Source: Carcharhinus longimanus (lineage: Eukaryota). Taken from it: 64,000 nt of DNA. The position numbers and the translations under genes are program-made. This document shows, in pieces, positions 12,600-26,172 of this stretch (its first letter is position 1; each line of letters begins with the position of its first letter). The stretch covers positions 27,226,859-27,290,858 of the forward strand of contig JASCQW010000122.1 of the NCBI GenBank assembly GCA_030264375.1, given 5' to 3'. The notes below the pieces were generated by a model. The model made no database searches. It saw only the letters and a program-made list of their open reading frames with translations, and was not told the DNA's origin.

Positions 12600-15500
12600 C
12601 ACTATTATTGTCACACAGTGTGGCCCTATTCTGACTTATTTGTTGCAGTGGCATTGTTTCTGAAGTTATAATGCAGTGACATCATCCTTTAGTAACTGGT
12701 AGTGCCCTGCCTGTGCTATTCTGTAGTTTTCAACCCGTCATCCCCATGTAGTGACATTCCTATTGAATTCTTCTCCTAGTCAAGAAAATTCAGGTCTATC
12801 TGAGCCAATATACAGATGTCCAGTTAACTATTAGCTTGGTAAATTGGTATCTAAAAGTTCATTAGCATATAAGTGAGATCTATATGTGATATGGATTCTA
12901 ATTGGTGACTACTTACAAAAAGCCAATACAGATATCATTTGTTCAGTATTGCTGCTTTCTCTGTATTAAGAGATTCTCCTCCCACTATGAAATTCGTGAA
13001 AGCGCAGAAACTAAAAGCAGCTCCAAAATTATTAAATAAAAATATCAAATAGCAATAATGAACCTAAATACAGAATTTAATTTGCCAAAAATTATCTTGC
13101 ATTTGCTTACTGACAAACTGGGCCATGGTAGGAAAGAAATACTTAAATTCACATGATGAACTATGTATCATGATGAATACTCATAATGAATGTGGGAGCA
13201 GGCTCAAAGGGCTTACTCCTGCTCCTATTTTCTATGTATCTATCATTATTTTGTTTAGATGAATCAGAGACCCATCCTGAGCAAGAATTTTTCCAAGCAT
13301 AGCAATGTAAAGAGTGACCAGTTTTTGGTGGTAATGATTGAATTGTGTCCAAGTCGGTAGGCATTGTCACCTCCATAATACTGCTGAGCTATTGGCACCA
13401 ATCGAATATCAAGGAGAGGCTCATGGGTTCCATTTGCGTTAACTTAGGCTAACTGTGAGCCCTAAAGCAGCCCTCAGGTTGATACTGTGGGAAAGGGGGC
13501 TGCGCAAAGCAACCCCAAGAGAGAGCTAGAATGGTCCATAGTTCTTTTTGGAGCCACAAAGGAACACTGGCCATCCTTGCAACACCACACAAAACAAAAT
13601 AGGCACTTGTTTGGGTGTTGTTTTCCAATGGCCTTCAATGGCAACTTTGTAAACTTCGGCACTTGAGACTTGATACAAATGGGAAGTGCTCATATGTGCT
13701 TTGCCCTGATACTCAGCCATCAGAGAACTATTTTAGAGGGCCATGTGGTGGCCAAGGAACCCATCAATCAGCTCAGTTTTTAACTACCAGCCACCTGTTT
13801 TCCAGACAATTAAAGTATTTCTGACAGTTGAAAATGAACCCCGGAGTTCTAAGTCTACAATAAATAGGCAATTCAGTTGCCATTAATTGCCTGAAGAAAC
13901 ATATAATTTTTTGTATTAAAAGTGTAGTACCAGAAATTTAGCAATGAACTTCAAACTGTGTCACGATGAATATTAGTGAAACATTTTGCTTATGTCCTTG
14001 CATGCAAGAGAACCCCACAGACAACAACCAATATGGTTTTATATGGCTTCTTTGTGATGATGTTTTTAAGCTGTTGCTATGTGTACATTCCTCTTTTGAA
14101 GATCAGGTAGCAAGATACCACAGGGCAGCACATAATAATAGTAATACTGGTCCTTTGTTAATCTCACAGTAAGTATACTGTAATAAGGTTGTAAAATATT
14201 TCCATGATCTCTTTCCTCAATGAATCTCAAAAGGACTAACAAATGTAATTTCTGGACGAAACCAAACATGGAAATCTCAATTACTAGTATTTTAAGGAAG
14301 CTTTCTAGTCAAGAATGCAGCATTTTGCACCTTAGCTTGCTGCTGAAGAAGATCAAAAGTCTGCAAGCATATTGCCTGCTTGCACATGGAATAAGAAACT
14401 TAAAGGGAGGTGAGAAATTTAATAGGCTACCAATGCAGAGACAGCATCATCTTATATGGGTTCTCCAATGATGCGCTATATCACAAGCCATTAAATATCA
14501 GAAAGATGTTATAGTGAGAAAATAATGTGTATTGAACGCCTTTGATGGATTTTTCTATATCAAGAATGGACTGCTTGTCTGCACTTGATTGGCAGTTTTG
14601 TGAACTGACAAAGAACAGATTCAACATTGGTTATCAACAAATCAGTATAAAATTGCCACACAATCAGAGTGTTGGTTTTGTAAAGAAGTCAAAACTCTAC
14701 AATTCAAAGAATGTACTGAATATCTAATTAATAGGTTTGTACTGAGTATTTAATTCACTGAGTTGCATGTCTGACCCAAAACCAGCTGCATACTTAGAAA
14801 ATATGGTTAAATTTCCACAGGATGAACTGGAATTAATATTTTTACAGATATTATGAAGAGATATGGTCAATCCATGAATGCAATTTTATTTACCATAGGC
14901 TCTTCCATTCGTGTAAATTACATGCCATTCCATGTATGAACAAAAGAAAAAACATTCTTTGAGTGGGTCAGTCTGTTTACTGCAAGTAAGCCAAAACAAG
15001 AGAATTTTTTTCCACTCTAACTAATTTTTTTATGTGCTGGTTCCAAATAAACACTTTTCATTGTTGGCTTACATTGTTACTGAATAAAAAGTTACATTTC
15101 ATACTTTACAACTGAATGTTTAATAGCTAGTGTTCTCAACACTGATCAAATAATAAAACACAATAAAATGCCTGAACTGTATCTTAAAATGAATTTCTAA
15201 TGCAGTTTCTTTATTCCATTCTATGTGGCGATCTCATTTAGTAGAAAAGCAAGAAGAAAATTTTAATCTCAATTTNNNNNNNNNNNNNNNNNNNNNNNNN
15301 NNNNNNNNNNNNNNNNNNNNNNNNNNNNNNNNNNNNNNNNNNNNNNNNNNNNNNNNNNNNNNNNNNNNNNNNNNNNNNNNNNNNNNNNNNNNNNNNNNNN
15401 NNNNNNNNNNAAAGCTTTCATTGTCAATGCCCATACCTTGGAATGTGATTGCTAATTTTTGCAGCACAATTTGCAAGTTTGTGCCAGGATTCTGTGACCA

Positions 15501-17899
15501 CTATTCCTTATGTTGAGACTGCACGAACCTATTTTCCACAGAGCAGGTGACTTGCATCCATCAGATTAAGTTGGATTCAAATGGCATCCCAGAGGCAAAA
15601 AGAAAGAGGCAAGTAAGCCAAAACAAGAGAATCTTTTTTTGAGAATCTAGAACACTACACCATCCAAATCCCTCAATACACCAACATTTACCCTGGAACA
15701 TAATCCATTGATCTGGTATGAATAGAAAAAAATCTCAGCTGATTTTCTCGAAATTCTGCTGAGTGCAAACATTCCAATAAATGGTAAGAAAATTGTTCAA
15801 ACACTACTCTGTCTTAGTTGTACAGTCAGAGAACAAATACATAGGGGGAACCAGCTTATATTGTCCCAAAGGTATTGTGGAAGACATAATTGATCAGATA
15901 AAACATTGCTCGAAACTAGAGTAGAACATAACAGGATTGGCTGTATTGGAGAGGTAACATTTGGAATGGTGCACAAATTGTAGTTACAGTCTGTAGCAGG
16001 AGGTTGTTTATACTATTATTGCATTTATGTAGCCCTGACCGTAATTACCTTCATTTTCAATAGCAAATGATTGCAAAAGTGTACATGGTTAAAAGGTTGA
16101 TTTAGGAACTGCAGTAATATATTACACATTTCTGATATTACTTTTTTCAAATGAGTTATTGACCTTGGAATTTTTCATTAATACCTAGAACAAATCATCA
16201 TTTCCGCACATGGTTTGGTAATAAGCGTTATTGCTTTTAAGAGCAGTCGATAACTGAAAGATATAATTGTGCATTGTCACCTTCTTCATTCAAGTTTTAA
16301 TTTTATAGTCTATATCAGTTACTCTGCAAAAAGGCACACAAGGTTTACACTACATTTTTTTTAAAGATCTAAACTAACATCCCCCCACCATTCTATTCAT
16401 ATGCTATTTGGTCTGAATGTTTCTTTTGCTTTTTTGTGTGTTTTATACTCAATTCAATAGCACATTTCAAAACAAAACCTATTCCATTTTCACCCGACGT
16501 GTTACGTTTTAAAAAACCTCCAGACTTACCTATGTTCCTGTTCAAAAAAATGTCAACTGGCACCACGTGTGAACCAGCCGATTTTCTTAATTCATCCCTT
16601 NNNNNNNNNNNNNNNNNNNNNNNNNNNNNNNNNNNNNNNNNNNNNNNNNNNNNNNNNNNNNNNNNNNNNNNNNNNNNNNNNNNNNNNNNNNNNNNNNNNN
16701 NNNNNNNNNNNNNNNNNNNNNNNNNNNNNNNNNNNNNNNNNNNNNNNNNNNNNNNNNNNNNNNNNNNNNNNNNNNNNNNNATAAAATCACACCTCGAGGC
16801 ATGCGTGCTCAGAGGCAAAGAGCAAGGATCCTATTTATGGTGTCATTTAGCCAGCAAGCAGCCAACAATCCCGGGAAAAAATCGAAGCATAATCAAGGTG
16901 TATGTTTGGAAAATTTATTGTTATAATTTTCCACAGTAATCTTCTCCATTTTCAAAGCACCCTGGCGACATATATCATAATATAAAATAGAAAATGAATA
17001 GCGTTTAAAATTTATCGGTCTTTGATTCTCAATTATATGTGTTTATGACTTCATCTGTCTTAGGTGACTTCAACCTTTTCCATTATTGTAGAATATTATT
17101 TGTACGGCATCCATTAAATTCACAATTCTGCAGTAATGGCACGCTATAGCGTTTGGAAAAGGAATTTTTGAAAGGGGCTTGAAGAAAGCGAAGCTGTTAT
17201 GACACAAGAAATTGCTTTATTGATAGCCTAGCCTCTCGCCTGCACATTTGGCAATTTGTAACCTTCCCCATATCTATATTTCAGTGTGACACTGATAAGA
17301 ACCTTTCTGTCCCCGACCAGATTACAGTTTGTAATGACACACAATGCTTTCAGAAGCCAGGCCAGGGCCCCATCGAGCATTCTGCAAACATGCTAAACCG
17401 GCCGGAAGATCAACATAATTTTCATTTACCACTGCGGTGTCATGCATTACCTGAACTGTTATTAAATTGTACAAGTATAATTGCCACCACTGATCTATAA
17501 GGACCTTGTGTGCATCTGTTTAAACTTTGGTCCCATGGCAGTGATAGATCTATAAATATGTATAATAATAGATCACTGCACTGTATAGCCATGTGACTGC
17601 GGACAGATTGCCAGTTTAGGATTGAATGCACGGCAGCCCTAATGATCATCCCGACAAAATGATCTCGACACAATAGAATGTCAATATAATGAAGCTTCTT
17701 TGAGTTTCATGGCAGATACTTGCTTTTTGCATAGGATTAGCATCTACAGGAAAATAAACAGTGTTATTTTTTGTTAAGCGAGGAAGCAGTGAAGTAGGCT
17801 AACATCTATGGCCTCCACTACATGAATGGTGATCTGACCGGGTCCTAGGTAAGCTCCCACTATCTGGTATTGGGGAGTATAAAGATTGTTTGTTTTTCT

Positions 17900-19795
17900 G
17901 CTATGAGTCTATATGGGTAGAACTGAGAAATAAGAAGGGGGAAATCATTTTGATAGGGTTGTACTATAGGCCCCCAAATAGTCAGTGGGAAATTGAGGAG
18001 CAAATATGTAAACAGATTACAGATAGCTCCAAGAAAAATAAGGTGGTAATGGTTGGTGATTTTAATTTTCCCAAAATTGACTGGGACAGCCACAGTATTA
18101 GAGGATTGAATGGAGAGAAACTTGTTGAGTGTATTCAGGAGGAATTTCTCATTCAGTATGTGGATGGCCTGACTAGAGAGGGAGCAAAACTTGACTTCCT
18201 CTTGGGAAATAAGAAAGGGCAGGTGACAGAAGTGTTAGTGAGGGATCACTTTGGGACCAGTGACCATAATGCTGTTAGTTTTAAGATAGCTATGGAGAAT
18301 GATAGGTCTGTCCCAAAAGTTAATAATCTAAATTGGGGCAAGGCCATTTTTGATGGTATCAGGCAGTAACTTTCAAAAGTTAATGGGGGGGGTTCTGTGG
18401 GAGGGAAAAGGGACATCTGGTAAGTGGGAGGCTCTCAAAAGTGTGTTAACCAGGGTTCAGGGTAAACACATTCCTCTGAGAGTGAAGGGCAAGGCTGGCA
18501 GAAGTCAGGAATCCTAGATGACATTGAGGCCCTGATCAAGAAGAAGAAAGAGGCACATGACATGCATAGGCAGCTGGGATCAAGCGAATCTCTTGAAGAG
18601 TATAGGGAGTGTAAGAGTAGAGTTAAGAGAGATCAGGAGGGCAAAAAGGGGACATGAAATTGTTTTGGCAGATAAGGCAAAGGAGAATCCAAAGAGCTTC
18701 TACAAATANNNNNNNNNNNNNNNNNNNNNNNNNNNNNNNNNNNNNNNNNNNNNNNNNNNNNNNNNNNNNNNNNNNNNNNNNNNNNNNNNNNNNNNNNNNN
18801 NNNNNNNNNNNNNNNNNNNNNNNNNNNNNNNNNNNNNNNNNNNNNNNNNNNNNNNNNNNNNNNNNNNNNNNNNNNNNNNNNNNNNNNNNNNNNNNNNNNN
18901 NNNNNNNNNNNNNNNNNNNNNNNNNNNNNNNNNNNNNNNNNNNNNNNNNNNNNNNNNNNNNNNNNNNNNNNNNNNNNNNNNNNNNNNNNNNNNNNNNNNN
19001 NNNNNNNNNNNNNNNNNNNNNNNNNNNNNNNNNNNNNNNNNNNNNNNNNNNNNNNNNNNNNNNNNNNNNNNNNNNNNNNNNNNNNNNNNNNNNNNNNNAT
19101 AGGTTCATAGCTGCTTGAAAGTGGAGTCACAGGTGGACAGATTGGTGAAGAAGGTATTCGGCATGCTTGGTTTCATCGGTCAGAATATTGAATACAGGAG
19201 TTGAGATGTCTTGTTGAAGTTGTACAAGTCATTGGTAAGGCCTCACTTGGAATACTGTGTGCAATTCTGGTCACCCTATTACAGAAAGGCTATTATTAAA
19301 CTAGAAAGAGTGCAGAAGAGATTTACTAGGAAGCTACCAGGACTTGATGGATTGAGTTATAAGGAGAGGTTAGATAGACTGGGACTTTTTTCTCTGGAGC
19401 ATAGGAGGCTGAGGGGTGATCTTGTAGAGGTCTATAAAATAATGAAGGGCACAGATCAGCTAAATAGTCAATATCTTTTCCCAAAGGTAGGGGAATCTAA
19501 AACTAAAGGGCATAGGTTTAAGGTGAGGGGGAAGAGATACAGAAGTGTCTAGAGGGGCAATTTTTTCACACGGAGGGTAGTGAGTGTCTGAATGAGCTGC
19601 CAGAGGTAGTAATAGAGGCGGGTGCAATTTTGTCTTTTAAAAAGCATTTAGATAGTTACATGGGCATGATGCGTATAAAAGGATATGGGTCTCATGCGGG
19701 AAATTGGGAATAGCTTAGGTGTTTTAAAAAAGAAAGGGCGGCATGGACAAGTTGGGCCAAAGGGCCTGTTTCCATGCTGTAAACCTCTATGACTT
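17900..19795 (+). mobile_element. Relatively young CR1 LINE ORF2 spanning an N gap
   Basis: APE endonuclease motifs IWVELRNKKG..LYYRPPN..VGDFNFPKIDW..LDFLLGN..SDHN (17890-18369). RT C-terminus [27 protein letters not shown] (19211-19552). Tail ctgtaaacctctatgact. Confidence 0.93.
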
Positions 19796-20904
19796 CATGA
19801 TTATCCATGTGGCTATATAATCCATGTTGAAATTACAATGCAAATATGTTATGTTCAGGACAGAATATTCTTTTACTCACTTGGTCAGTGGGAGTATGTA
19901 TGCAGATAAATCTCTGCAGTTTCCTCTATACCTATTCAACATCACTTCCTGTGAGCTCAACCCACAGTATTGAAGTTCCCTTTGAGTAATAACAGGGAGT
20001 TCTACCAAAGCAAAGGTTGTGAGGAACTGTGCTACTGGAATGGTGGTAGCTTGTATTAATTTACTGATGTGTGACAGGAGGGAATGTAATTAATATAGAC
20101 TCCTGCTTTCTGGCAACAATGTAAAATATTGCAGTTGAAAGGGGAGCAGTGGTTTGCAGTAAGGTCTGTAATTGTATTGGCTGCTTCTGTAACCCTGAGG
20201 CCATTTATCTTTTTGAACTATGGCCTTAACATCTAATCATTATATTCATAAGAACATGTTACCATCACTACCTGTTGCTCCTCTACTTTAAGTTCCTTTC
20301 CCAAAAAAGCTCAATTAATGCTGTTGATATCCTGTAACCAACAGTGTATCTTCTCAACAATTAGTCCAGCTCTCAAAACATTAAAGATGTTCATTGGTGC
20401 AGAATCAGCTAACTTTGAGGAGTCAACTGCGCATGCTCACTATCCTAAGAGAAAAATAAGCTGCCGATCTTTTTGGTGTTGGTGTTGTTTAGTCCAATGG
20501 TTACTAAGTTGCATAATATGCTTATTTCAACCTCCATGTAGCTTCCATTATCCAAAAGATGATCATGTTTCCCAACAGATTCCCTTCAGGTTTAGACCTC
20601 CATGATCAAGCAGTGTCCAACATGGCCCAAGTGACACTGGAGAAAAGGTTGTCACTCCAGTGAGTAATTATTTCTAATCCTTGAGCTGCAATGTACCAAC
20701 AGGGTGAAACCTGAGTTGGCATTTAGGGAGGTTTCAGCTGTTAGAGTTCTCAGCAGATTTACTAGTTATAAAGACCTGTGCAGTGTGAGTTTGTTGGATG
20801 ATGTAGCTTAATGTTGACATTTTAAAATAAACAGTTGAAATGAGTGTGGGGAATGATGGAAGGGGCACCAAAATAGGGAGAAAATTTTAAATGAATCCTT
20901 ACTT

Positions 20905-21100
20905 TTTCCCTCTTTATAATGTATAAGGATCTTCCTCCATTTCTGCCAAAAGGTAGATCTGAACCACAGTGCCACAGTGCCATTTTTGGTAGGGCAAAGG
21001 TGAAGGCCCTAAATCCACCCAGCTGGAATGGGGATTCAACCCCATGTTGACGATACCAATCTGATCCACACTAGAGTGCAGCCAACTGAGCCAACCACCC
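20905..21100 (-). mobile_element. tRNA-derived SINE-like element of a different family
   Basis: Minus strand gggtggttggctcagttgg (A-box-like) and ggttgaatcccc (B-box-like). Confidence 0.55.
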
Positions 21101-23289
21101 TCAAATCCCAGGATTACTGCTGTTATATTACATACATGCAAAAATGGATATTGAAGACTAATTTTTACATCATTAATAGGGTTTGATCCTTAGCTTTATA
21201 CCTTTTACTTATTTCTCCAAGTAGTGCTCTCAGCAATTGCTAGAGGTTATTTCATTAGATATCTGAGCTTGTCAGAGATATCTCAAGCGATGGTTTTGTA
21301 ATCTAACACAAGAAATATATGTACAAAGTTTAAATCAAAAGCTTTGTTATTTTTAAAAACTATTCTGCAAATGGATTGCATTATAACAGATGGCATAAAA
21401 ATACTATAGAAGCTACAAGGTTGCAATTCAATTGAAAGACTCTGATGCTATTATGAGCACCAGGATTACAGTTCAAGAGGTTAATGAGTATCAGCAGAAC
21501 CAGAGATTAAATAATTGCTTTTAGCTCTCTTCACAGTTTTAAATATAAATATATGTTAAGTGAAAAATGAAATTAGTAACATACAGACTTTAAGAGACCT
21601 GGTGATGTCAAAAAAAAATCAAGGACATTAGATGCCAAAGCTATGGTAGCTATTGATTGTGCATAAGGAGATGAAGTTAATTTTTGCAAACTCCTACCAA
21701 TGTCATGTTGATTCAAGTTTAGCAAAGGAATCCAGCGACGTCACAGTTGAAAAGACATAAAATGAGTCCCAAGCTGCACATACTATGTTGGGCAAAATTT
21801 CTCCCACAGCGTGCACTATGCCCATATAAAATAGGCACAATTATCCATTACTGATTCTTAAAAGAAGACCATTTCAGTTTTACTTCAGATTGGGGAAAGT
21901 TAGGTGAATATCTGGGTTAGACAATGTTGAATGACAGGTCCAGATTAATGTCAACAAAAATAAAGTAACAGAATACTGGAAATCTTAAACAAAACCATTG
22001 AAATGCTTTAAATCTAGAATAATTTCATTGCCTCACTGAAATGATCTCCATCAGATTTTCCCTTTTTCTATCTAATTTTTCAAAAAGTGGTTTGGGCATT
22101 CTAGCAATTGTTTGCTAACCTTTTTCTTTTCCACCACTTTATGCCCTATGGAAAGATTTAAATTAAGGTCAGCAAAGATTGGGTTAGAATATTGTAAATG
22201 TTTAAGTGTTTTACTGTGAGGGAAATGTTTTAATTCACCTGAATTTAGGTCAAACTCCCACCAATTAGAGAGAATTCTTCATCAGTCCTCCAGGTTACAG
22301 TACTCAAAGCACTATAAGCCATAAAAAAAACACTAATCTCACTGAGCAGGTCAGGGTGGTGAAGATTGAACAAATGGATGAGATGGCAATAGGAGAGATC
22401 AAGGTTGTCTGTAGCGTAACAGCAACAGAATGAGCAGAGCTGGCAATTGAGTACATTGGACACCAAGACAAAAAAGAGCAGCAAAACAGACTAAAGTGGA
22501 CAGCAGTGAAGAATGGGAAGCAGACTAACAGAAGACAATGAACGGTGATGGAGCAGCCTGGAGCTGACCAGGCCAGGAAAAGAAAACAGAGTAATTAAGG
22601 ATCAGAGAGTGGAGGTCATCAGAGAGCAGAAAGAGGAACAGGCTGCCAGACAATCTTAGTGAAAGGGATATTGAACTTTATAAAATTTGGATATCCTTTT
22701 TTAATGAGAGCTAATGGAAATCAATGCACATGGTATTTTTTGCCACTTATATTACCTGTTTTAGATTGTAACCATGATTCTAATTGTCCTAAAAGGTAGC
22801 TTAATCCCCATCAGATGGATCACAATGCCTGGCCCAATAGGTTGGGCACTCCAGCTTAGATCACATAAAGCTTAACCAAATGCTTTTCAAATAAGCTAAT
22901 TGCCATCAGATGGCCTTTGAAGATTTTGGCAAAGAACGGCATTTCTTGGTAGGCATTCAATGAAAACATGGAGCATGATAACTGGAAATTATCAGTTAAC
23001 AATGTGCATGATCATAGGCTACCAATAGGTCCTCCTGAAAAGCAAAGAAACTAGCTGTGAGATGTGCACCAAAGTCATTGTAAAATTAAACGTGACCAAA
23101 TCATCAGTTGCCAGCTCCACTGTTTACTCACAGCTAAAACTATTGGAAACTATTGCAGCAGGGTCAATGACACACTGTTTGGCTAGGTATGCCAAGTTTG
23201 GCACTCCGTTCTTCATTGTAATATCAGAAAGCCCAAAGTATACTATGAAGCCAGACTAGACTCCAACAATTTTGCTGTTTTGGCATTAA

Positions 23290-23987
23290 TGTGAGGATAG
23301 GATGTTTCATTCCAGGTGTGATTCTACTGACAAACTAGGGAGCTTTTAACAAAACAAATTTTATTTAACAGTTTAACTAGAACAGAATAAATGTATTAGC
23401 TAAATGTATTCTAAATGTATTAGCTTAATCCTTAAAAATTGAACAATATTTAAACATGACAAGATACAATTCTTAACTGCTAACCTATCACTATGAGTTC
23501 CAATCAAGCAGAATTTCCCTGAGAGACTTAAACGCTTCTTTATAATTAGTTAGCAAAATACAGGCAAACTTGCTTGTGACTTAAGTTAACAGTCTGGGAG
23601 TTCTCAGAAAACCTCTAGAGAGAGAGAGAGATCTGTTTCTCCTAGCAAATCCAAGCAGCATTTGCTTGAATTTTAAATGAAAAATGAAATAGGTCTGAAA
23701 GCTTAGCTGTTCCTGTTAATCACATGACTCTGTCCTTATCATTCAATCTAATCAAAAACTCACATGACTCTGCATACCTAGTCTAAAATCCCAGGAGAAC
23801 CTAAACAAACAAAAGGTCCATTAACTCTATAAAGTAACAGAATCCTAGCTAAAATCAGTTGTTACTCTTCATTCTCAGCGCTTGGGCTGCATGGTTTCCC
23901 AGACAAATCGATTCTTGTAACAAAACACTGCCTCTTAAAGCAACCCCACCTTACACATAAAATATAACATAATAGCACAGTATCACA
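23290..23987. mobile_element. Probable solo LTR
   Basis: Bounded by tgtga...tcaca with a minus-strand AATAAA near 23360. No clear target-site duplication. Confidence 0.45.
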
Positions 23988-26172
23988 ATTGCTATCAACC
24001 ACTGCTTTCTCCATTCAGAATAATAATGGTGGAAAAGTCAATTCAGACTGGTAGCAACATCTGATGAACATTAATGTTACTGCTAAGAAACAGGCCAGGG
24101 ATGTTTCAGAGCATGTTCCATTGCTCATTCAACTGATTCTCAGAGATTGGGACTTTAGAAGTGATGATGTTCAAAGATTACAACTTGATTGGTGCATGTT
24201 GATGATGATGAGAATATTAATTACTGCTTAACAGCAATAAACTCAGGAATGGGTGTTCTTCTGTGTGTTTGTTGTGCCACAAAGCATGTCAACAAAGAAA
24301 GCCAACTGCATATGTGTTAAATCAATTGTGATGGGGGGTATGGGGTGTTCTCACTTTGAAGGGTTTTAACTCTGGATAGAAGAAAAACAAGAATTATATT
24401 GCTGCACCAAGGTGAATATTGATAGCTTATCCATCAAACTAGATTAGGGTCACATTCAAGTCAATGGTGGAGCTGGATCCAGGTGGAAAGCCAAAAAGAA
24501 AAAAAAATTAGAATGTATATTTAAATAGTACTTTACACNNNNNNNNNNNNNNNNNNNNNNNNNNNNNNNNNNNNNNNNNNNNNNNNNNNNNNNNNNNNNN
24601 NNNNNNNNNNNNNNNNNNNNNNNNNNNNNNNNNNNNNNACTTTACACGTTCTCTAGGAGTGCCAAAACATTTAATAGGCACTTAATTTCTTTTGGTGCGC
24701 TGTCAGTGTTATGTTGACCAACAGTGAATAATATGAATGTTAAACATAAAGGAGTATAATAGAATCCAACAACAACTCTTCGGTATTTGGGAAGTAAGGT
24801 ATCACCTGTGCACAAAAGCCAAGGTAAAATTTCTGTACTCCAGTGCACATCTCAAATGATGGTGGATGAAGCACATTTTATCGCTACTTTTACAGACCTT
24901 CCCAAGTGAGCTCTGACCTGGTCACTCCTACTTGGAAGATACATTCAAAGAGAAAAAAAATCTTACAAATATTTAAAAGCAAGTGTTAATAGAATTGAAT
25001 GCTGTGTGTATATTCTGTAACTATCAATAGTGTGATAGAAGACGATTTTCTTTAACTTATTCCTACTCTGAAATGAACTAATTCTGTTATCAGTTTCTAA
25101 ATGTGACTTATTTTGATTCCTACTTAGTGTATGTAATATCTTTGAGGATAGATCTGTTTTATTACTCCAGGTTATGTATTTTCTTCTTGCACTTTCTTGC
25201 CAAACTCATTGTTGAATATGACTCCCTGTTCTCCATTCATTTAAAAATGTGTTGCCTTTGTGACTGAAACTATTCCAAAAGCAGGAGGTTGCATTTATAT
25301 TAAGAAAGGAATCAATTCTCTCACAAACCAATAACAAATGAGTGCACCATACTTGATTACATTTCCGATATTATTATAGGTAAACTTATGAGCTTACAAT
25401 AGCATGGCTGTTTTTGCACTGGTTTACTAAGCCATTATGTTTATTGGATATGTTTATTTTACAAACAGTAAATGTATATCATAAATGGAATGCTGACTTC
25501 ATTAATGAAAAACCTGAATAACTAATGAGAACCAGATCAATGGCTATTTACTTGTGAATGGTACTGTTTAAGTAGCCAGTAGGAATAGAGAGAAAAAATA
25601 ATACTCAAAGGGCTATTGAATGAACAGGTCTTTTACTTAATCCTCCTTTGTTGCCTTCTCAGCATCTATATCGATCTCCTCTTTCTCCTGGAATATAATT
25701 TTGTCATTGGAAATCATATATACTATCCCCACTTTCTGAACCCTTTCTTGGTGTAAACGACCAACAACAGCAGTAAACCCCTTCATAATTTTCAAAACTT
25801 CTGTTTGAAATCTCTTTTCTTCAGCTTTCTTAACCATAATTTGGTCAAAAAAGACACCATGAGTACAAAAGTAGAGACCATCTTTTCTATTCATTCTGGC
25901 TGTTTAAAATTATTGGCATGAAGAATTTTACCCATTCCATTTTTGTTACACTATATCTGAAGATTTTCTTTAATTCTGCAATAGCTTGTTATAATTACAA
26001 GATTTTATAAGATGGCTATATTTTAAACTGTCTCCTTTAACTTAGTGAGTAAAATGTAGCAGTAGAGTGGGGCATGTGACTTCCAACTAATTCAGCTCAA
26101 CAATAAGCTGCACAGGAGCTCATTAGGAATTTTGTGGAAAGTTACTTATTAAAGATATTGATTTTCTAACAG

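Noticed and set aside
24530-24647. actttacac repeated on both sides of a 100-N gap
   Set aside because: Most likely an overlapping contig-end artefact rather than a target-site duplication.
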